Assembly: GCA_025998875.1 (NCBI GenBank) | Contig: AP024675.1 | Location: 1,178,978 to 1,242,977 of the forward strand | DNA length: 64,000 bases | Reading direction: 5' to 3' | Source of the DNA: Bacteroidota bacterium | GTDB lineage: Bacteria > Bacteroidota > Rhodothermia > JANXDC01 | Part shown: positions 42,850 through 52,871 of the stretch, piece after piece | How positions within the stretch are numbered: the stretch's first letter is position 1 | How the letters are laid out: every line of letters starts with the position of its first letter | Notes under the pieces: generated by a model | Databases searched by the model: none | Seen by the model: the letters and a program-made list of their open reading frames with translations, nothing else | Told to the model about the DNA's origin: nothing | Position numbers and translations under genes: made by a program

Positions 42850-43848
42850 ATGCCCCGGCTGGCCAGCATACTGGGCCTGGTTCTGTGCCTTGTTTCCCTC
42901 GCCCGCGCGCAGGGGGAGCGGTCCCTTGCGTACCTGGAACGCGAGATCGCGCGCTTGGCCTCCCTGGCCGGAGGGCGGGTGGGCGTCGGGGTCGTGCACA
43001 TAGAAACGGGACGTCGTCTTGCCCTCAACGGCCAGGAGCGCTTTCCCATGGCCAGCACGTATAAGGTTCCCATCGCTATCGCCCTGCTGGAGCGGGTCGA
43101 TCGGGGCGAGCTCCGGCTTGAGGATATGGTTCCTGTCGATACGGTGGACGTGAGCCCGGGATCCGGCACCCTGGCCGATCTGTTTCAGCATCCCGGCGTG
43201 GCCCTTTCCGTGCGCAACCTGCTGGAGCTCATGATGCTCATCAGCGACAACACGGCCACGGACATATGCCTGCGCTTGGTGGGAGGCCCCGAGGCCTTAA
43301 GGGAACGGCTCCGTCAGTGGGGGGTGGCAGAGGGGATCCGGGTGGACCGACCGACCAAGCAGCTCATCGCCGACTGGCTGGGTCTGGGGGATCGGATCCG
43401 TGCCCGCGACTGGTCGCTGACCTATTTCCGGACCCTGCAGGAGCGGCTCGATCCGGAGGAGCGCCGACTGGCCGCGGCGCGTTTCGATGCCGATGAGCGC
43501 GATACGGCTACCCCGATGGCCATGGCCGAGCTGTTGGGTCGGCTCTTCAGGGGCGAGCTGTTGAGCCCGAGGAGTACGGCCTTGCTGTTGGATATCCTCC
43601 ATCGCTGCCGAACGGGAGAAAACCGGCTCAAGGGCCTCTTGCCGGCCGGAACGCCCGTGGCCCACAAGACGGGCACGATCGGGGGAACGCTCAACGATGT
43701 GGGCATCCTTACCCTGCCGGACGGGGCCGGACATGTGGCCATCGCCGTCTTCATCAAATCCTCCGATCGGGATACGGCCAGCCGCGAACGGGCGATAGCC
43801 GAGATCGCGCGCGCCGTGTACGATTACTTCCTCTTTGTGCGGCCCTAA
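42850..43848 (+). CDS. Secreted class A beta-lactamase-fold serine hydrolase (atypical omega loop)
   Basis: Signal peptide; RFPMASTYK, SDN, DERDT, HKTGT; Thr at the Glu166-equivalent position. Confidence 0.85.
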   Translation: MPRLASILGLVLCLVSLARAQGERSLAYLEREIARLASLAGGRVGVGVVHIETGRRLALNGQERFPMASTYKVPIAIALLERVDRGELRLEDMVPVDTVDVSPGSGTLADLFQHPGVALSVRNLLELMMLISDNTATDICLRLVGGPEALRERLRQWGVAEGIRVDRPTKQLIADWLGLGDRIRARDWSLTYFRTLQERLDPEERRLAAARFDADERDTATPMAMAELLGRLFRGELLSPRSTALLLDILHRCRTGENRLKGLLPAGTPVAHKTGTIGGTLNDVGILTLPDGAGHVAIAVFIKSSDRDTASRERAIAEIARAVYDYFLFVRP

Positions 43849-43866
43849 CCGGACCGGAGGCGGACG

Positions 43867-45222
43867 ATGAGCACGCTGGAACGAGCGCTGCGGCACGGCG
43901 ATCTCCTGTTGCTCGTGGTGGGACTGGTGATCGGTTCGGGGATTTTTCTGGTCCCCGGGGTGGTGCTCCAGCAGGCGAAAGGATATGTGGGCCTGGCGCT
44001 TGCGATCTGGGTAGTGGGTGGGTTGCTCTCCCTGCTGGGTGCGCTGACCTACGGGGAGCTGAGCATCCGGCGCCCACAAGCCGGGGGGCTATACGTGTAC
44101 CTGCGCGAGGCTTTCGGTCCGCTGGTGGCTTTTCTGTACGGGTGGGCTCTGTTGCTGGCCATTGCCTCCGGAGCGCTGGCCACGCTGGCCGTGGCCTTTG
44201 GAGAATACCTGGATCATCTGTTTCCCGTGAGCCTTGCGGGGCAGAAGGTGGCCGCCATCGGGCTCATCGCCTGGGTAACGGCGGTAAATATCCGCGGGGT
44301 ACGATACGGGGCCTGGGTGCAAAACGGCACCACGATCCTCAAGATCGGGGCTCTGCTTGCCCTGAGCGCGTTGCTCCTGATCGGATCGGAGTTGTCCGGT
44401 TTGCACAGGGAGCCGGTGCGCTGGTGGCCGGACAGCCGGGATATGACCTGGCTTGGCGGGGCCGGTCTGGGCCTGATCGGCGTGCTCTGGGCCTATGAGG
44501 GGTGGCAATATGGCACCTTCAGCGCTGGGGAGGTACGCAACCCTCAGCGCGCCTTTCCGCTCGCCTTTTCCCTGGGCCTGGTGATCCTGATCGTTCTCTA
44601 CGGGTTGGTCAACATGGCCTATGTGGCCGCTTTGGGCGTGGAGCGCATGGCGGGTTCCGTAAGCGTAGCCGCCGAGGCCGTTTCCCACGTCTGGGGTCCG
44701 GAGGCCGGGCGCTGGGTGGCGCTGGCGATCCTTCTGTCCATTCTCGGGGCGGCCAACGGATTGGTGCTTACGGCCTCGCGCGTATACTACGCCATGGCCC
44801 GCGACGGGCTCTTGTTCTCCTGGCTGGGAGGCGTGCATGCCCGCTACCGCACCCCGGTTCCCGCCCTGCTGTTCGGATCCGGATGGGCCATCCTGCTGGC
44901 CCTGGCCGGAACGTTTGAGGAGCTGCTCACGTACGTGGTTTTCTCCGGATGGATTTTCTACGGCTTGGGCGCGATGAGCCTGCTCCATTATCGCCGTCGC
45001 GACCCGGGATCGGCCGGATATCAGACCCCCGGATATCCCTGGACTCCCCTGGTGTTCGCCCTGGCCGCGCTGACCATTGTGGGCAATACGTTCGTCGTTC
45101 GCCCCCTGCAAGCCGGCATGGGGCTGCTCATCATGGCCACGGGAGTGCCCGTCTACGCGTTCTGGCGCCGCAGGGCGGCCCGCCGGGCCGAGGATCTGGC
45201 TGAAGACGGAGCAAGGAGATGA
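43867..45222 (+). CDS. APC-family amino acid permease
   Basis: [40 protein letters not shown]. Confidence 0.93.
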   Translation: MSTLERALRHGDLLLLVVGLVIGSGIFLVPGVVLQQAKGYVGLALAIWVVGGLLSLLGALTYGELSIRRPQAGGLYVYLREAFGPLVAFLYGWALLLAIASGALATLAVAFGEYLDHLFPVSLAGQKVAAIGLIAWVTAVNIRGVRYGAWVQNGTTILKIGALLALSALLLIGSELSGLHREPVRWWPDSRDMTWLGGAGLGLIGVLWAYEGWQYGTFSAGEVRNPQRAFPLAFSLGLVILIVLYGLVNMAYVAALGVERMAGSVSVAAEAVSHVWGPEAGRWVALAILLSILGAANGLVLTASRVYYAMARDGLLFSWLGGVHARYRTPVPALLFGSGWAILLALAGTFEELLTYVVFSGWIFYGLGAMSLLHYRRRDPGSAGYQTPGYPWTPLVFALAALTIVGNTFVVRPLQAGMGLLIMATGVPVYAFWRRRAARRAEDLAEDGARR

Positions 45223-46028
45223 GCGATCGATACGCGGACTTCCGGCGATTGCGTCTGTTATGGCCCGAGGAGGGTGTGCTGGAGGTGATACTGGAGGCTC
45301 CCGGCCGACTCAACGCGGCCGATGCGGTCTTGCATCGGGAGCTGGCCTATATCTGGCGGACCATCGATGAGGATCCCTCCGTGCGCGCCGTGCTGGTGCG
45401 GGGGGAAGGTGGGGTGTTCTCAGCAGGGGGGGACTTTGAGCTCATCGAGTCCATGATGGCCGATTATAGCACCCTGGTGCGGGTCTGGAAGGAAGCCCGG
45501 GATCTGGTCTACAACGTGATCAACTGCTCCAAGCCCATCGTGTCGGCCATCGAGGGGCCGTGCGTGGGCGCGGGGTTGGCGGTGGCCGTGCTGGCCGATG
45601 TGTCTATCGCGGGTCGTTCTGCTCGCCTTCTGGACGGGCATGTGCGCCTGGGGGTGGCAGCCGGAGACCACGCCGTGCTCATCTGGCCGCTTCTGGTCGG
45701 TATGGCGCGGGCTAAATACTATCTGCTGCTCAATGAACCCCTTTCCGGGCAGGAGGCCGAACGCATCGGGCTCGTCTCCCGATGCGTGGAAGATGAGCGC
45801 GTCCGCGAGGTGGCGCTGGATGTGGCCCGTCGGTTGGCGCAGGCAAGCCCCACGGCGATACGGTGGACCAAGTACGCGCTCAACAATTGGCTGCGCGTCT
45901 TCGGTCCGAGCTTTGACACTTCGCTGGCCCTGGAGTTTCTGGGCTTTCTGGGGCCGGATGCCCGCGAAGGGCTCCAGTCCCTTCGCGAAAAACGTCCCCC
46001 CCGTTTTGAGCGCGATGTGCCCCTTTAG
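45219..46028 (+). CDS. Crotonase-fold (enoyl-CoA hydratase/isomerase family) protein
   Basis: FSAGGD oxyanion motif, [15 protein letters not shown]; ATGA overlap with the permease. Confidence 0.88.
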   Translation: MSDRYADFRRLRLLWPEEGVLEVILEAPGRLNAADAVLHRELAYIWRTIDEDPSVRAVLVRGEGGVFSAGGDFELIESMMADYSTLVRVWKEARDLVYNVINCSKPIVSAIEGPCVGAGLAVAVLADVSIAGRSARLLDGHVRLGVAAGDHAVLIWPLLVGMARAKYYLLLNEPLSGQEAERIGLVSRCVEDERVREVALDVARRLAQASPTAIRWTKYALNNWLRVFGPSFDTSLALEFLGFLGPDAREGLQSLREKRPPRFERDVPL

Positions 46029-47134
46029 CGGGAGGCCTCCTCGAACCAGGAAGCGATCTGGAAGGCTAGGTTGGCCAGCGATACGTTCTGCATGTTCGCG
46101 ATCAGGGCCACGACCACCTGCGTACTGGGCCGAAGCACAAGCACGGAGCTTCCCCCCACGGCCCCGCCCGTATGCCAGACCGTGCGTTGGCCTGTTCGTT
46201 CCCCCGTAAACCAGCCGATTCCGTATCCCGTAAGACGTCCGTCGCGCGTCCGCTGGCTGGTGAAGAGCAGCTCCACGGTTTGCGGGCGAAGCAGACGCCC
46301 CGCAAGCAAGCCGGATCCGAATCGGACCAGGTCTTCGGCCGTGGACAGAAACCCCCCTCCGGCCCATTTGACGGAGTTGTCCACATAGGGCGCATTGAGC
46401 ACCCGGCCCAGGGAATCGCGCACGTAAAAACGGGCCCGACCCGGGATCAGGCTGTCTACATGCTCGGCCACCGTGTGGCGCATCTCCAGCGGCTCGAAGA
46501 TCCGCGCCCGCATAAACGCCAAGAAATCCCGTCCGGAGGCGCCCTCGATGACGGCGCTCAGCAGGTTCCAGCCGTAGCTGGAGTACGCATATCGGGTTCC
46601 GGGCTCAAAGAGCAGGCTGTCATCCTGGAAGACTTCCAGGGCCTCACGTACGCTCCGATAGGGGCGTGTGCTCAGGAACTCCCGGCCCCGATAGTGTCGA
46701 ATACCCGCCAGGTGTCCGGCGACCTGGCGGACGGTGATGGGCCATCGTTTGCGGGGAAAGTCCGGCACATAGCGCTGGATCTCGGCGTCCAGGTCCAGTT
46801 TGCCTTCTTCGAGGAGCACGCCCAGGGCGGCCGAGGTGAGCGCCTTCGATACGCTGGCCACCCGGAAGCGCGTGTTGGGCCATACGGGCACCCGGTTTTC
46901 CAGGTCGGCCCATCCAAACCCATCCGACCAGACGATGCGTCCCCGCACGGCCACGGCGACCTGCAGCCCCGGCACCGCACGAGCCTGCATGAGCAGGGCC
47001 AGCGAGTCCCGGGCTCGTTCGATAACTGCCCGGTATCGCCCTTCGGGGGCGGGAGCCTGAGCCAGGGGAAGGGGACTCTGGGCCTGTGCGCAGAGAGCAA
47101 AGCCGAAGACGAATCCCAACAGCGCGCTTCGCAT
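46025..47134 (-). CDS. Secreted serine hydrolase, beta-lactamase class C / D-peptidase-like
   Basis: Signal peptide; [19 protein letters not shown]. Confidence 0.88.
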   Translation of the reverse strand: MRSALLGFVFGFALCAQAQSPLPLAQAPAPEGRYRAVIERARDSLALLMQARAVPGLQVAVAVRGRIVWSDGFGWADLENRVPVWPNTRFRVASVSKALTSAALGVLLEEGKLDLDAEIQRYVPDFPRKRWPITVRQVAGHLAGIRHYRGREFLSTRPYRSVREALEVFQDDSLLFEPGTRYAYSSYGWNLLSAVIEGASGRDFLAFMRARIFEPLEMRHTVAEHVDSLIPGRARFYVRDSLGRVLNAPYVDNSVKWAGGGFLSTAEDLVRFGSGLLAGRLLRPQTVELLFTSQRTRDGRLTGYGIGWFTGERTGQRTVWHTGGAVGGSSVLVLRPSTQVVVALIANMQNVSLANLAFQIASWFEEASR

Positions 47135-47156
47135 AGCTCTTGCCTCCTCCTTCAAT

Positions 47157-47756
47157 CTAGGGCAGTAGCCATGCCCCAAGGCCCGCCAGAACCAGAAGCC
47201 ATCCTGTAAAGCGGATCCCCTGTGCGATCTGCAGGGGGGAGAACCGGCTGCGAAAGCCCCATGCGAGCCAGCTTAGGAGCTTAAACCACATCCAGGATCC
47301 ACAGAACACGCCCGATGCCAGAAGGAGCCATTCTGCTGGGGTGGAGACAGGGGTATGCAGGCTCCCCAGGAGGGCGATAAAGGCCGGCAGGGTGAGCGGG
47401 TTAAGAAACACGAGCAGAAATGCCGTGCCGAAGAGGCCTGTGCTCCGACGGAGGGGAGCAGAAAGGCGGGAGGATGCGGAATGCCGCTGGCTGCGGATTC
47501 CGAGCCCGATCAGGAGCACTCCGCTCACTTTGCGCAGCAGGGAAGCCTTCCTGAGCAAGAGGCCGGCAAGTAAGGAATGCCCCATGCCGGCCAATCCCCC
47601 ATATAGGGCATCGGCCAGGGCCGCGCCCAGCGCGATGAGCGTACCAGCCCTCCGGTTCTCCACAAGCGTGCGCTGGATGCACCAGATCCCGGCCGGACCG
47701 ATGGGCACGGCCAGAACCAAACCAGCCAGGAGTCCGTGCCAGAAGACGGGGCTCAT
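47157..47756 (-). CDS. LysE/RhtB family exporter
   Basis: GLVLAVPIGPAGIWCIQRTL, GAALADALYG, LVFLNPLT. Confidence 0.85.
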   Translation of the reverse strand: MSPVFWHGLLAGLVLAVPIGPAGIWCIQRTLVENRRAGTLIALGAALADALYGGLAGMGHSLLAGLLLRKASLLRKVSGVLLIGLGIRSQRHSASSRLSAPLRRSTGLFGTAFLLVFLNPLTLPAFIALLGSLHTPVSTPAEWLLLASGVFCGSWMWFKLLSWLAWGFRSRFSPLQIAQGIRFTGWLLVLAGLGAWLLP

Positions 47757-48874
47757 GCCAGGGCCTGCTGGAGGTCCTCAATCAGGTCATCGGGATGTTC
47801 AATGCCCACCGAAATTCGAAGCAGGTTTTCGGGGGCGCGTGTGCCGGGGCCTTCGACCGAGGCCCGGTGTTCGATGAGGCTCTCCACCCCGCCCAGGCTT
47901 GTGGCCCGAATAAAAAGCCGGGTGCGGGCGGCCACGGCCAGAGCATCTGCAGCCGATCCGCGCACCAGAAACGAAACCATCCCGCCGAAACCGCCCCGCA
48001 TCTGCTGGCGGGCGATCTCGTGTCCGGGGTGCGTCTCCAGTCCGGGGTAGAAGACCGCCTCCACCCGGGGATGTGCAGCCAGAAAACGGGCCATGGCTAG
48101 GGCGTTTTCCGAGTGGGCCCGCATGCGATAGGGCAGGGTACGGATGCCCCGCAGCAAAAGCCAGCAGTCGAACGGAGAGGGAACGGCGCCCCCCTGGGTC
48201 TGAATAAAGCGGATGCGGGCGAAGAAGTCATCCTGCTGGCCCGTCACCAGCACCCCTCCTACCACGTCGGAGTGCCCGCTCAGGTACTTCGTCGTGGCGT
48301 GCATGACCAGATCGGCGCCCAGCTCCAGCGGGCGCTGCAGGACAGGGGTGGCCCACGTGTTGTCGCACACCAGGCGCGCGCCCGCCTCGTGGGCGATGCG
48401 TGCGGTTTCGGCGATGTCCGTGATGCGCAGCAGCGGATTGGAGGGGGTTTCCACCCAGATCAGCCGGGTATGGGGCCGAAGGGCCCTGCGCACCTGGTCT
48501 GGATCCCAGACGTCCGTAACGGTGATCTCCAGCCCCCAGTCCGAAAACAGCCCATGCAGCAGCTTGGCCGTGCCGTGATAGACGTCCCCGGGTACGATAA
48601 CGTGATCTCCGGGTCGGAGGGCCTGAAAGACGGCCATGATCGCCGCCATGCCGGAGGAAAAAGCCGCCGCCTCAACCCCCCCTTCAAGCCGGGCCAGCGC
48701 CTCCTCCACCCAGGCGCGGTTGGGATTGCCCAGGCGGCTGTAGACGTATCCGTGGGGGAAGGAGCCATCCGGAGCGCGCTCAAAGGTGGTCGACAGGTAA
48801 ATGGGCGGACTGACGGCGCCCGTGGCTGGGTCCGGATGCAGGCCGCTGTGCACAGCGAGCGTTTCCAGTCGCAT
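47753..48874 (-). CDS. Cystathionine gamma-synthase/lyase family PLP enzyme
   Basis: PPIYLSTTF, YSRLGNP, VETPSNP, DNTWATP, TTKYLSGHSD, TSLGGVESL. Confidence 0.92.
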   Translation of the reverse strand: MRLETLAVHSGLHPDPATGAVSPPIYLSTTFERAPDGSFPHGYVYSRLGNPNRAWVEEALARLEGGVEAAAFSSGMAAIMAVFQALRPGDHVIVPGDVYHGTAKLLHGLFSDWGLEITVTDVWDPDQVRRALRPHTRLIWVETPSNPLLRITDIAETARIAHEAGARLVCDNTWATPVLQRPLELGADLVMHATTKYLSGHSDVVGGVLVTGQQDDFFARIRFIQTQGGAVPSPFDCWLLLRGIRTLPYRMRAHSENALAMARFLAAHPRVEAVFYPGLETHPGHEIARQQMRGGFGGMVSFLVRGSAADALAVAARTRLFIRATSLGGVESLIEHRASVEGPGTRAPENLLRISVGIEHPDDLIEDLQQALA

Positions 48875-48884
48875 AGGCGGAGCT

Positions 48885-50027
48885 CTATGAGCGTTTGCGG
48901 TACGTGATCCGGTATATGGCCCCGGCGTGATCGTCGGAGACGAGCAGGGAGCCATCGGGCAGGATGAGCACATCTACCGGCCGGCCCCAGACCGAACCGT
49001 CCGATCCGAGCCAGCCCTCGGCGAAGACCTCATAGGAGATGGCTCGGTTGCCCTCCAGACGCACAAGCGTGACCCGATAGCCGATCGGCGTGCTCCGGTT
49101 CCAGGAGCCGTGCTCGGCGATGAAAATCTGGTTCCGGTATTCCGGAGGAAACATGGAGCCCGTATAAAAGCGCATGCCGAGCGCGGCCACATGCGGGCCG
49201 AGCTCCATAACCGGGGGCACGAAGGCCGAGCAGGGCCGCCTGCGCCCGTACTCGGGATCGGCGATCGCCCGTCCATGGCAGTACGGATAGCCGAAATGCA
49301 GGCCCGGACCCGGGGCGCGGTTGAGCTCATCCGGGGGCAGATCATCACCCATCCAGTCCCGGCCGTTGTCCGTAAACCAGAGTTCCCGCGTAACGGGATG
49401 CCAGTCGAAGCCCACCGTGTTGCGTACGCCTCGGGCGAAGACCTCCATGTTCGATCCATCGGGGTCCATGCGCAGGATCGTCGCATACGGGTCTTCCCGC
49501 TCGCAGATGTTGCAGGGAGCCCCCACGGGGACATACAGTTTGCCGTCCGGGCCGAAGGCGATGAACTTCCAGCCGTGGTGTCGATCAGAGGGCAGCCTGT
49601 CGGTGACCACGACAGGTCGGGGAGGGTCGGCAAGTCGGTTTTCGATATCGTCGAAGCGCAGGATGCGATTGACCTCGGCCACGTAGAGGGAGCCGTTGCG
49701 GAAAGCCACCCCGTTGGGCATGTTCAGCCCCTCGGCGATCGTGTAGACCCGATCGGCCCGACCGTCCCGATTGGCATCCACCACGGCGTATACCTTTCCA
49801 GCCGAGCGCGTGCCCACGAAAAGAATACCGCGCGGACTCAAGGTCATGGAGCGCGCATTGGGCAGATTTTCCACAAAGACGTCGATCTCAAACCCCGGGG
49901 GCAATTTGATGCGATCAATGGGCAGCCGCGTGCTCGGGGGGGTATCGTGGGCCTTCTCCGAGGCGGTATCCGGACCCGCCCCACATCCCAGGATGGCCAA
50001 CAGCAGGATCCATCGGCCTGAGAACAT
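48885..50027 (-). CDS. PQQ-dependent glucose/sorbosone dehydrogenase family lipoprotein
   Basis: LGC lipobox; HHGWKFIAFGPDGKLYVPVGAPCN, GVRNTVGFDW, EHGSWNR, GRPVDV. Confidence 0.9.
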   Translation of the reverse strand: MFSGRWILLLAILGCGAGPDTASEKAHDTPPSTRLPIDRIKLPPGFEIDVFVENLPNARSMTLSPRGILFVGTRSAGKVYAVVDANRDGRADRVYTIAEGLNMPNGVAFRNGSLYVAEVNRILRFDDIENRLADPPRPVVVTDRLPSDRHHGWKFIAFGPDGKLYVPVGAPCNICEREDPYATILRMDPDGSNMEVFARGVRNTVGFDWHPVTRELWFTDNGRDWMGDDLPPDELNRAPGPGLHFGYPYCHGRAIADPEYGRRRPCSAFVPPVMELGPHVAALGMRFYTGSMFPPEYRNQIFIAEHGSWNRSTPIGYRVTLVRLEGNRAISYEVFAEGWLGSDGSVWGRPVDVLILPDGSLLVSDDHAGAIYRITYRKRS

Positions 50028-50078
50028 GGCGCCTTTTCCCTTCCACTTTCCCGCCCAAGATGGTACGCAGGCCTTCGG

Positions 50079-50849
50079 CTATGGCGCAACGTCAAGCCGC
50101 AGGCTGATCAGTTCACGGCGGTTCCGGGCGTAGTAAAGCCGGTTCCGGCGCAGGAAGAAGGGTTCTGGCTCAGGACGCGCCCCCTCCCCGGAGATCCGAT
50201 CCTCCCAGTAGCGCCGTCCCTTGTGCAGATGCCACACCTCGAGCCATGTGCCCTCTCCGGTCCGAAAGGCGGCCCCGATCCACCACGGGTCTGAGGAGAG
50301 CGCCTCCAGGTGGTCCGCCTCGGCGCTGAGCGCTACAGGTGCTCTAGAGGCGGGCTGGGGAAAGCGGGTTTCCCGGTAGGGGGCCTCGGGGTCGATCTGT
50401 CGGCGCAGCGCCTCGACGATCGTCCGATCCGATCCCAGCGCGCGGCGGAGGGTACCGGCCCAGGGATCCAGCAGGGCATATCGGAGCGTGTAGCCCTGCC
50501 GGCGGTAGACGCACAGGCCCTCCGGGTGCCAGAAGAGAAAGGAGTCCTCCACCGAGCGCCAGCGTTCCTGGCCGGTTGCTAAATCCAGGGCGATCAGCCC
50601 CCGGTGTTCGGGCAGGCGCGGATCGGCAAAACCGTGCACCAGCGCAAGACCCTGATCGACGGCCTCCAATCCGATCCACCAGGGTTCTTCGGGGTTGTGC
50701 CAGCTCCAGCGCACGCGGCCCGTGTCGAGCTCCAGGGCGACGATGCGGGCCTGGCCTTCCCGGGGATCGCGCACTTCGGCTACCAGGAAGGGTTCGTTGA
50801 ACCAGATCCGCCACAGCCGGGCACCGCTATCGAAGCTCCAGTGCTCCAT
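50079..50849 (-). CDS. DUF4905 family protein
   Basis: PWWIGLE, VHGFADPRLPEHRGLIALDLATGQERW. Confidence 0.75.
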   Translation of the reverse strand: MEHWSFDSGARLWRIWFNEPFLVAEVRDPREGQARIVALELDTGRVRWSWHNPEEPWWIGLEAVDQGLALVHGFADPRLPEHRGLIALDLATGQERWRSVEDSFLFWHPEGLCVYRRQGYTLRYALLDPWAGTLRRALGSDRTIVEALRRQIDPEAPYRETRFPQPASRAPVALSAEADHLEALSSDPWWIGAAFRTGEGTWLEVWHLHKGRRYWEDRISGEGARPEPEPFFLRRNRLYYARNRRELISLRLDVAP

Positions 50850-50869
50850 AGGCGGATCGTCGTCCGGGC

Positions 50870-51745
50870 TCAGTTGGAGCGCAGGCGCTCGTACATGGCC
50901 CGACCGATCAGGGCGGGGCTGCGCACGACCGTGACCCCGGCGGCCTCGAGGGCGGCCATTTTCTCCGCCGCCGTGCCGGATCCCCCGGAGATGATCGCCC
51001 CCGCATGCCCCATACGTCTGCCCGGTGGGGCGGTCTGTCCGGCGATGAAGGCCACGACGGGTTTGCTTACGTGTTCCCGGATGAAGGCGGCCGCTTCCTC
51101 CTCGGCCGTACCCCCGATCTCTCCGATGAGCACGATGCCCTCGGTTTCTGGATCTGCCTCAAAGAGGGCGAGCGCGTCGACGAAGCGTGTTCCGATGACG
51201 GGATCGCCCCCGATGCCGATGCAGGTCGACTGGCCCAAGCCGAGCTGGGTGAGCTGGTAGACGGCCTCATAGGTGAGCGTGCCGCTGCGGCTGATCACGC
51301 CCACGGAGCCGGGTTTGTGGATGAAACCCGGCATGATGCCCACTTTGGCCTTGCCGGGGGAGATCACACCCGGACAGTTGGGGCCCACCAGGCGCACGCC
51401 CCGTTTGCGCACATATTCGTAGGCGCGCAGCATATCCCGGGTGGGGATGCCCTCTGTGATGCAGACGATGAGCTCCACGCCCGCATCGGCGGCCTCCATG
51501 ATGGCGTCGGCGGCGAAAGCCGGAGGGACGAAGATGATCGACGTGTTGGCCGCCTCGCGCTCCACGGCCTCATGGACCGTGTTGTATACCGGTCGGTCCA
51601 GGTGTTTTGTGCCCCCCTTCCCGGGGGTGACCCCGGCGACGACCTGTGTGCCGTATTCGATCATCTGCTGGGCGTGAAACGTCCCTTCTCGGCCCGTAAA
51701 TCCCTGTACGAGCAGTCGGGTCTGTTCGGAAACCAGCACGCTCAT
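50870..51745 (-). CDS. sucD: Succinyl-CoA synthetase alpha subunit
   Basis: [34 protein letters not shown]. Confidence 0.99.
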   Translation of the reverse strand: MSVLVSEQTRLLVQGFTGREGTFHAQQMIEYGTQVVAGVTPGKGGTKHLDRPVYNTVHEAVEREAANTSIIFVPPAFAADAIMEAADAGVELIVCITEGIPTRDMLRAYEYVRKRGVRLVGPNCPGVISPGKAKVGIMPGFIHKPGSVGVISRSGTLTYEAVYQLTQLGLGQSTCIGIGGDPVIGTRFVDALALFEADPETEGIVLIGEIGGTAEEEAAAFIREHVSKPVVAFIAGQTAPPGRRMGHAGAIISGGSGTAAEKMAALEAAGVTVVRSPALIGRAMYERLRSN

Positions 51746-51777
51746 GAAACAGCAAGCCTTTCTGTCTGCAACCCGGG

Positions 51778-51809
51778 CGAATATACGGCTCCCTGCAGAA
51801 GGGGGCCAA
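51778..51809 (-). promoter_or_regulatory. Putative sucD promoter (TTG-N21-TATATTCG on minus strand)
   Basis: Same -7 element and flanks as the tRNA-Ser promoter. Confidence 0.6.
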
Positions 51810-51819
51810 GCCCGGCCGT

Positions 51820-52134
51820 CTACGCTCGCTGAAAGGCATCCAGATACTGGAGTAGCTCCTTGAGATCAGCAAGCAGCGCCTGCATCCGGATGCCCCGAAA
51901 GTGGGCCGGGCTCAGAAGCAGGCGTTCGTAACTGCGCCTCAGGAGCGTATACGCTCCCCGGAGGTTGCCCTTTTTGAGGTGGTGGCATCCGGCGGCCAGT
52001 TGCGTCCACCCCTTCCAGAGCTCTCGCTCCGCTTCGGGTGCGCTGCGCCAGGCTTCCTCCCAGGCTTCGTGCGCTTCGTAGAAGGCGCCTTCCAGAAAAC
52101 AGAGGCGACCACGCTCCCAGAGCTCATCTATCAT
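51820..52134 (-). CDS. DUF309 family protein
   Basis: [30 protein letters not shown]. Confidence 0.85.
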   Translation of the reverse strand: MIDELWERGRLCFLEGAFYEAHEAWEEAWRSAPEAERELWKGWTQLAAGCHHLKKGNLRGAYTLLRRSYERLLLSPAHFRGIRMQALLADLKELLQYLDAFQRA

Positions 52135-52871
52135 CAGCAGGCCAGCAGGCGTTTGAGGTATCGACTGCGCTCTCGGCTGGCGATCAATTCGCGGCCATCC
52201 TCTAGGATCACCTTGAAGCGACCGCTGAACCAGGGTACCAGTTCCCGGATGCCGTCGAGGCGAACGATCGCGGATCGACTGATGCGCAAAAAGCGGGAGG
52301 GGTCCAGGCGTGTCTCCATCTGCTCCAGAGAGCTGCGGAGCAGATACCGGCGTTCGCGGGTGTACAGATAGGTCAATCCCTCCTGCACCTCCACGGAAAG
52401 CACCTGATCTTCCGGAAGTAGGATCAGCCGATTCCGGTAGGGCACGGCCAGCCTGCGCGTGGCGGGATTCGAGGGGATATGGCGTCTGTGGGCTTCGATG
52501 AAGAGCCGCGCTCGTTCGAGCGCTTCCGAAAGCGCTTTCTGTTCGACGGGTTTGAGCACGTAATCCAGCGCCCGGGCCTGAAAGGCTTGTAGGGCGTAGT
52601 CCGGATAGGCGGTCACGAAGATCACGTACGGGCTGGAGGGGCGTTCGGCGCGCAGCCGTTGCAGCAGGGCGAAACCGTCGAGCTCCGGAAGGCGGATGTC
52701 GAGCAGCAATACGTCCACCGCCTGCTGTTCAAGGATCCGGAGGGCGCTCTTGGCGTCTCCGGCCTCGGCTACGAGCTGCACGTTCGGCATGCGCCCCAGC
52801 AGGCGACGCAACCGATCGCGAGCCGGCTCTTCGTCCTCTATGACCGCTACGCGCAGGGGCATGGGTTCCAT
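52134..52871 (-). CDS. LytTR family response regulator
   Basis: IEDE, LLDIRLP, FVTAY, DYVLKP, FLRISRSAIV. Confidence 0.95.
   Translation of the reverse strand: MEPMPLRVAVIEDEEPARDRLRRLLGRMPNVQLVAEAGDAKSALRILEQQAVDVLLLDIRLPELDGFALLQRLRAERPSSPYVIFVTAYPDYALQAFQARALDYVLKPVEQKALSEALERARLFIEAHRRHIPSNPATRRLAVPYRNRLILLPEDQVLSVEVQEGLTYLYTRERRYLLRSSLEQMETRLDPSRFLRISRSAIVRLDGIRELVPWFSGRFKVILEDGRELIASRERSRYLKRLLAC

Noticed and set aside
42850-43848. Calling this a functional antibiotic-resistance beta-lactamase
   Set aside because: Glu166/Asn170 equivalents are absent by alignment; activity cannot be assumed
50870-51745. sucD without adjacent sucC
   Set aside because: Separation of sucC and sucD is common in Bacteroidota; not unusual
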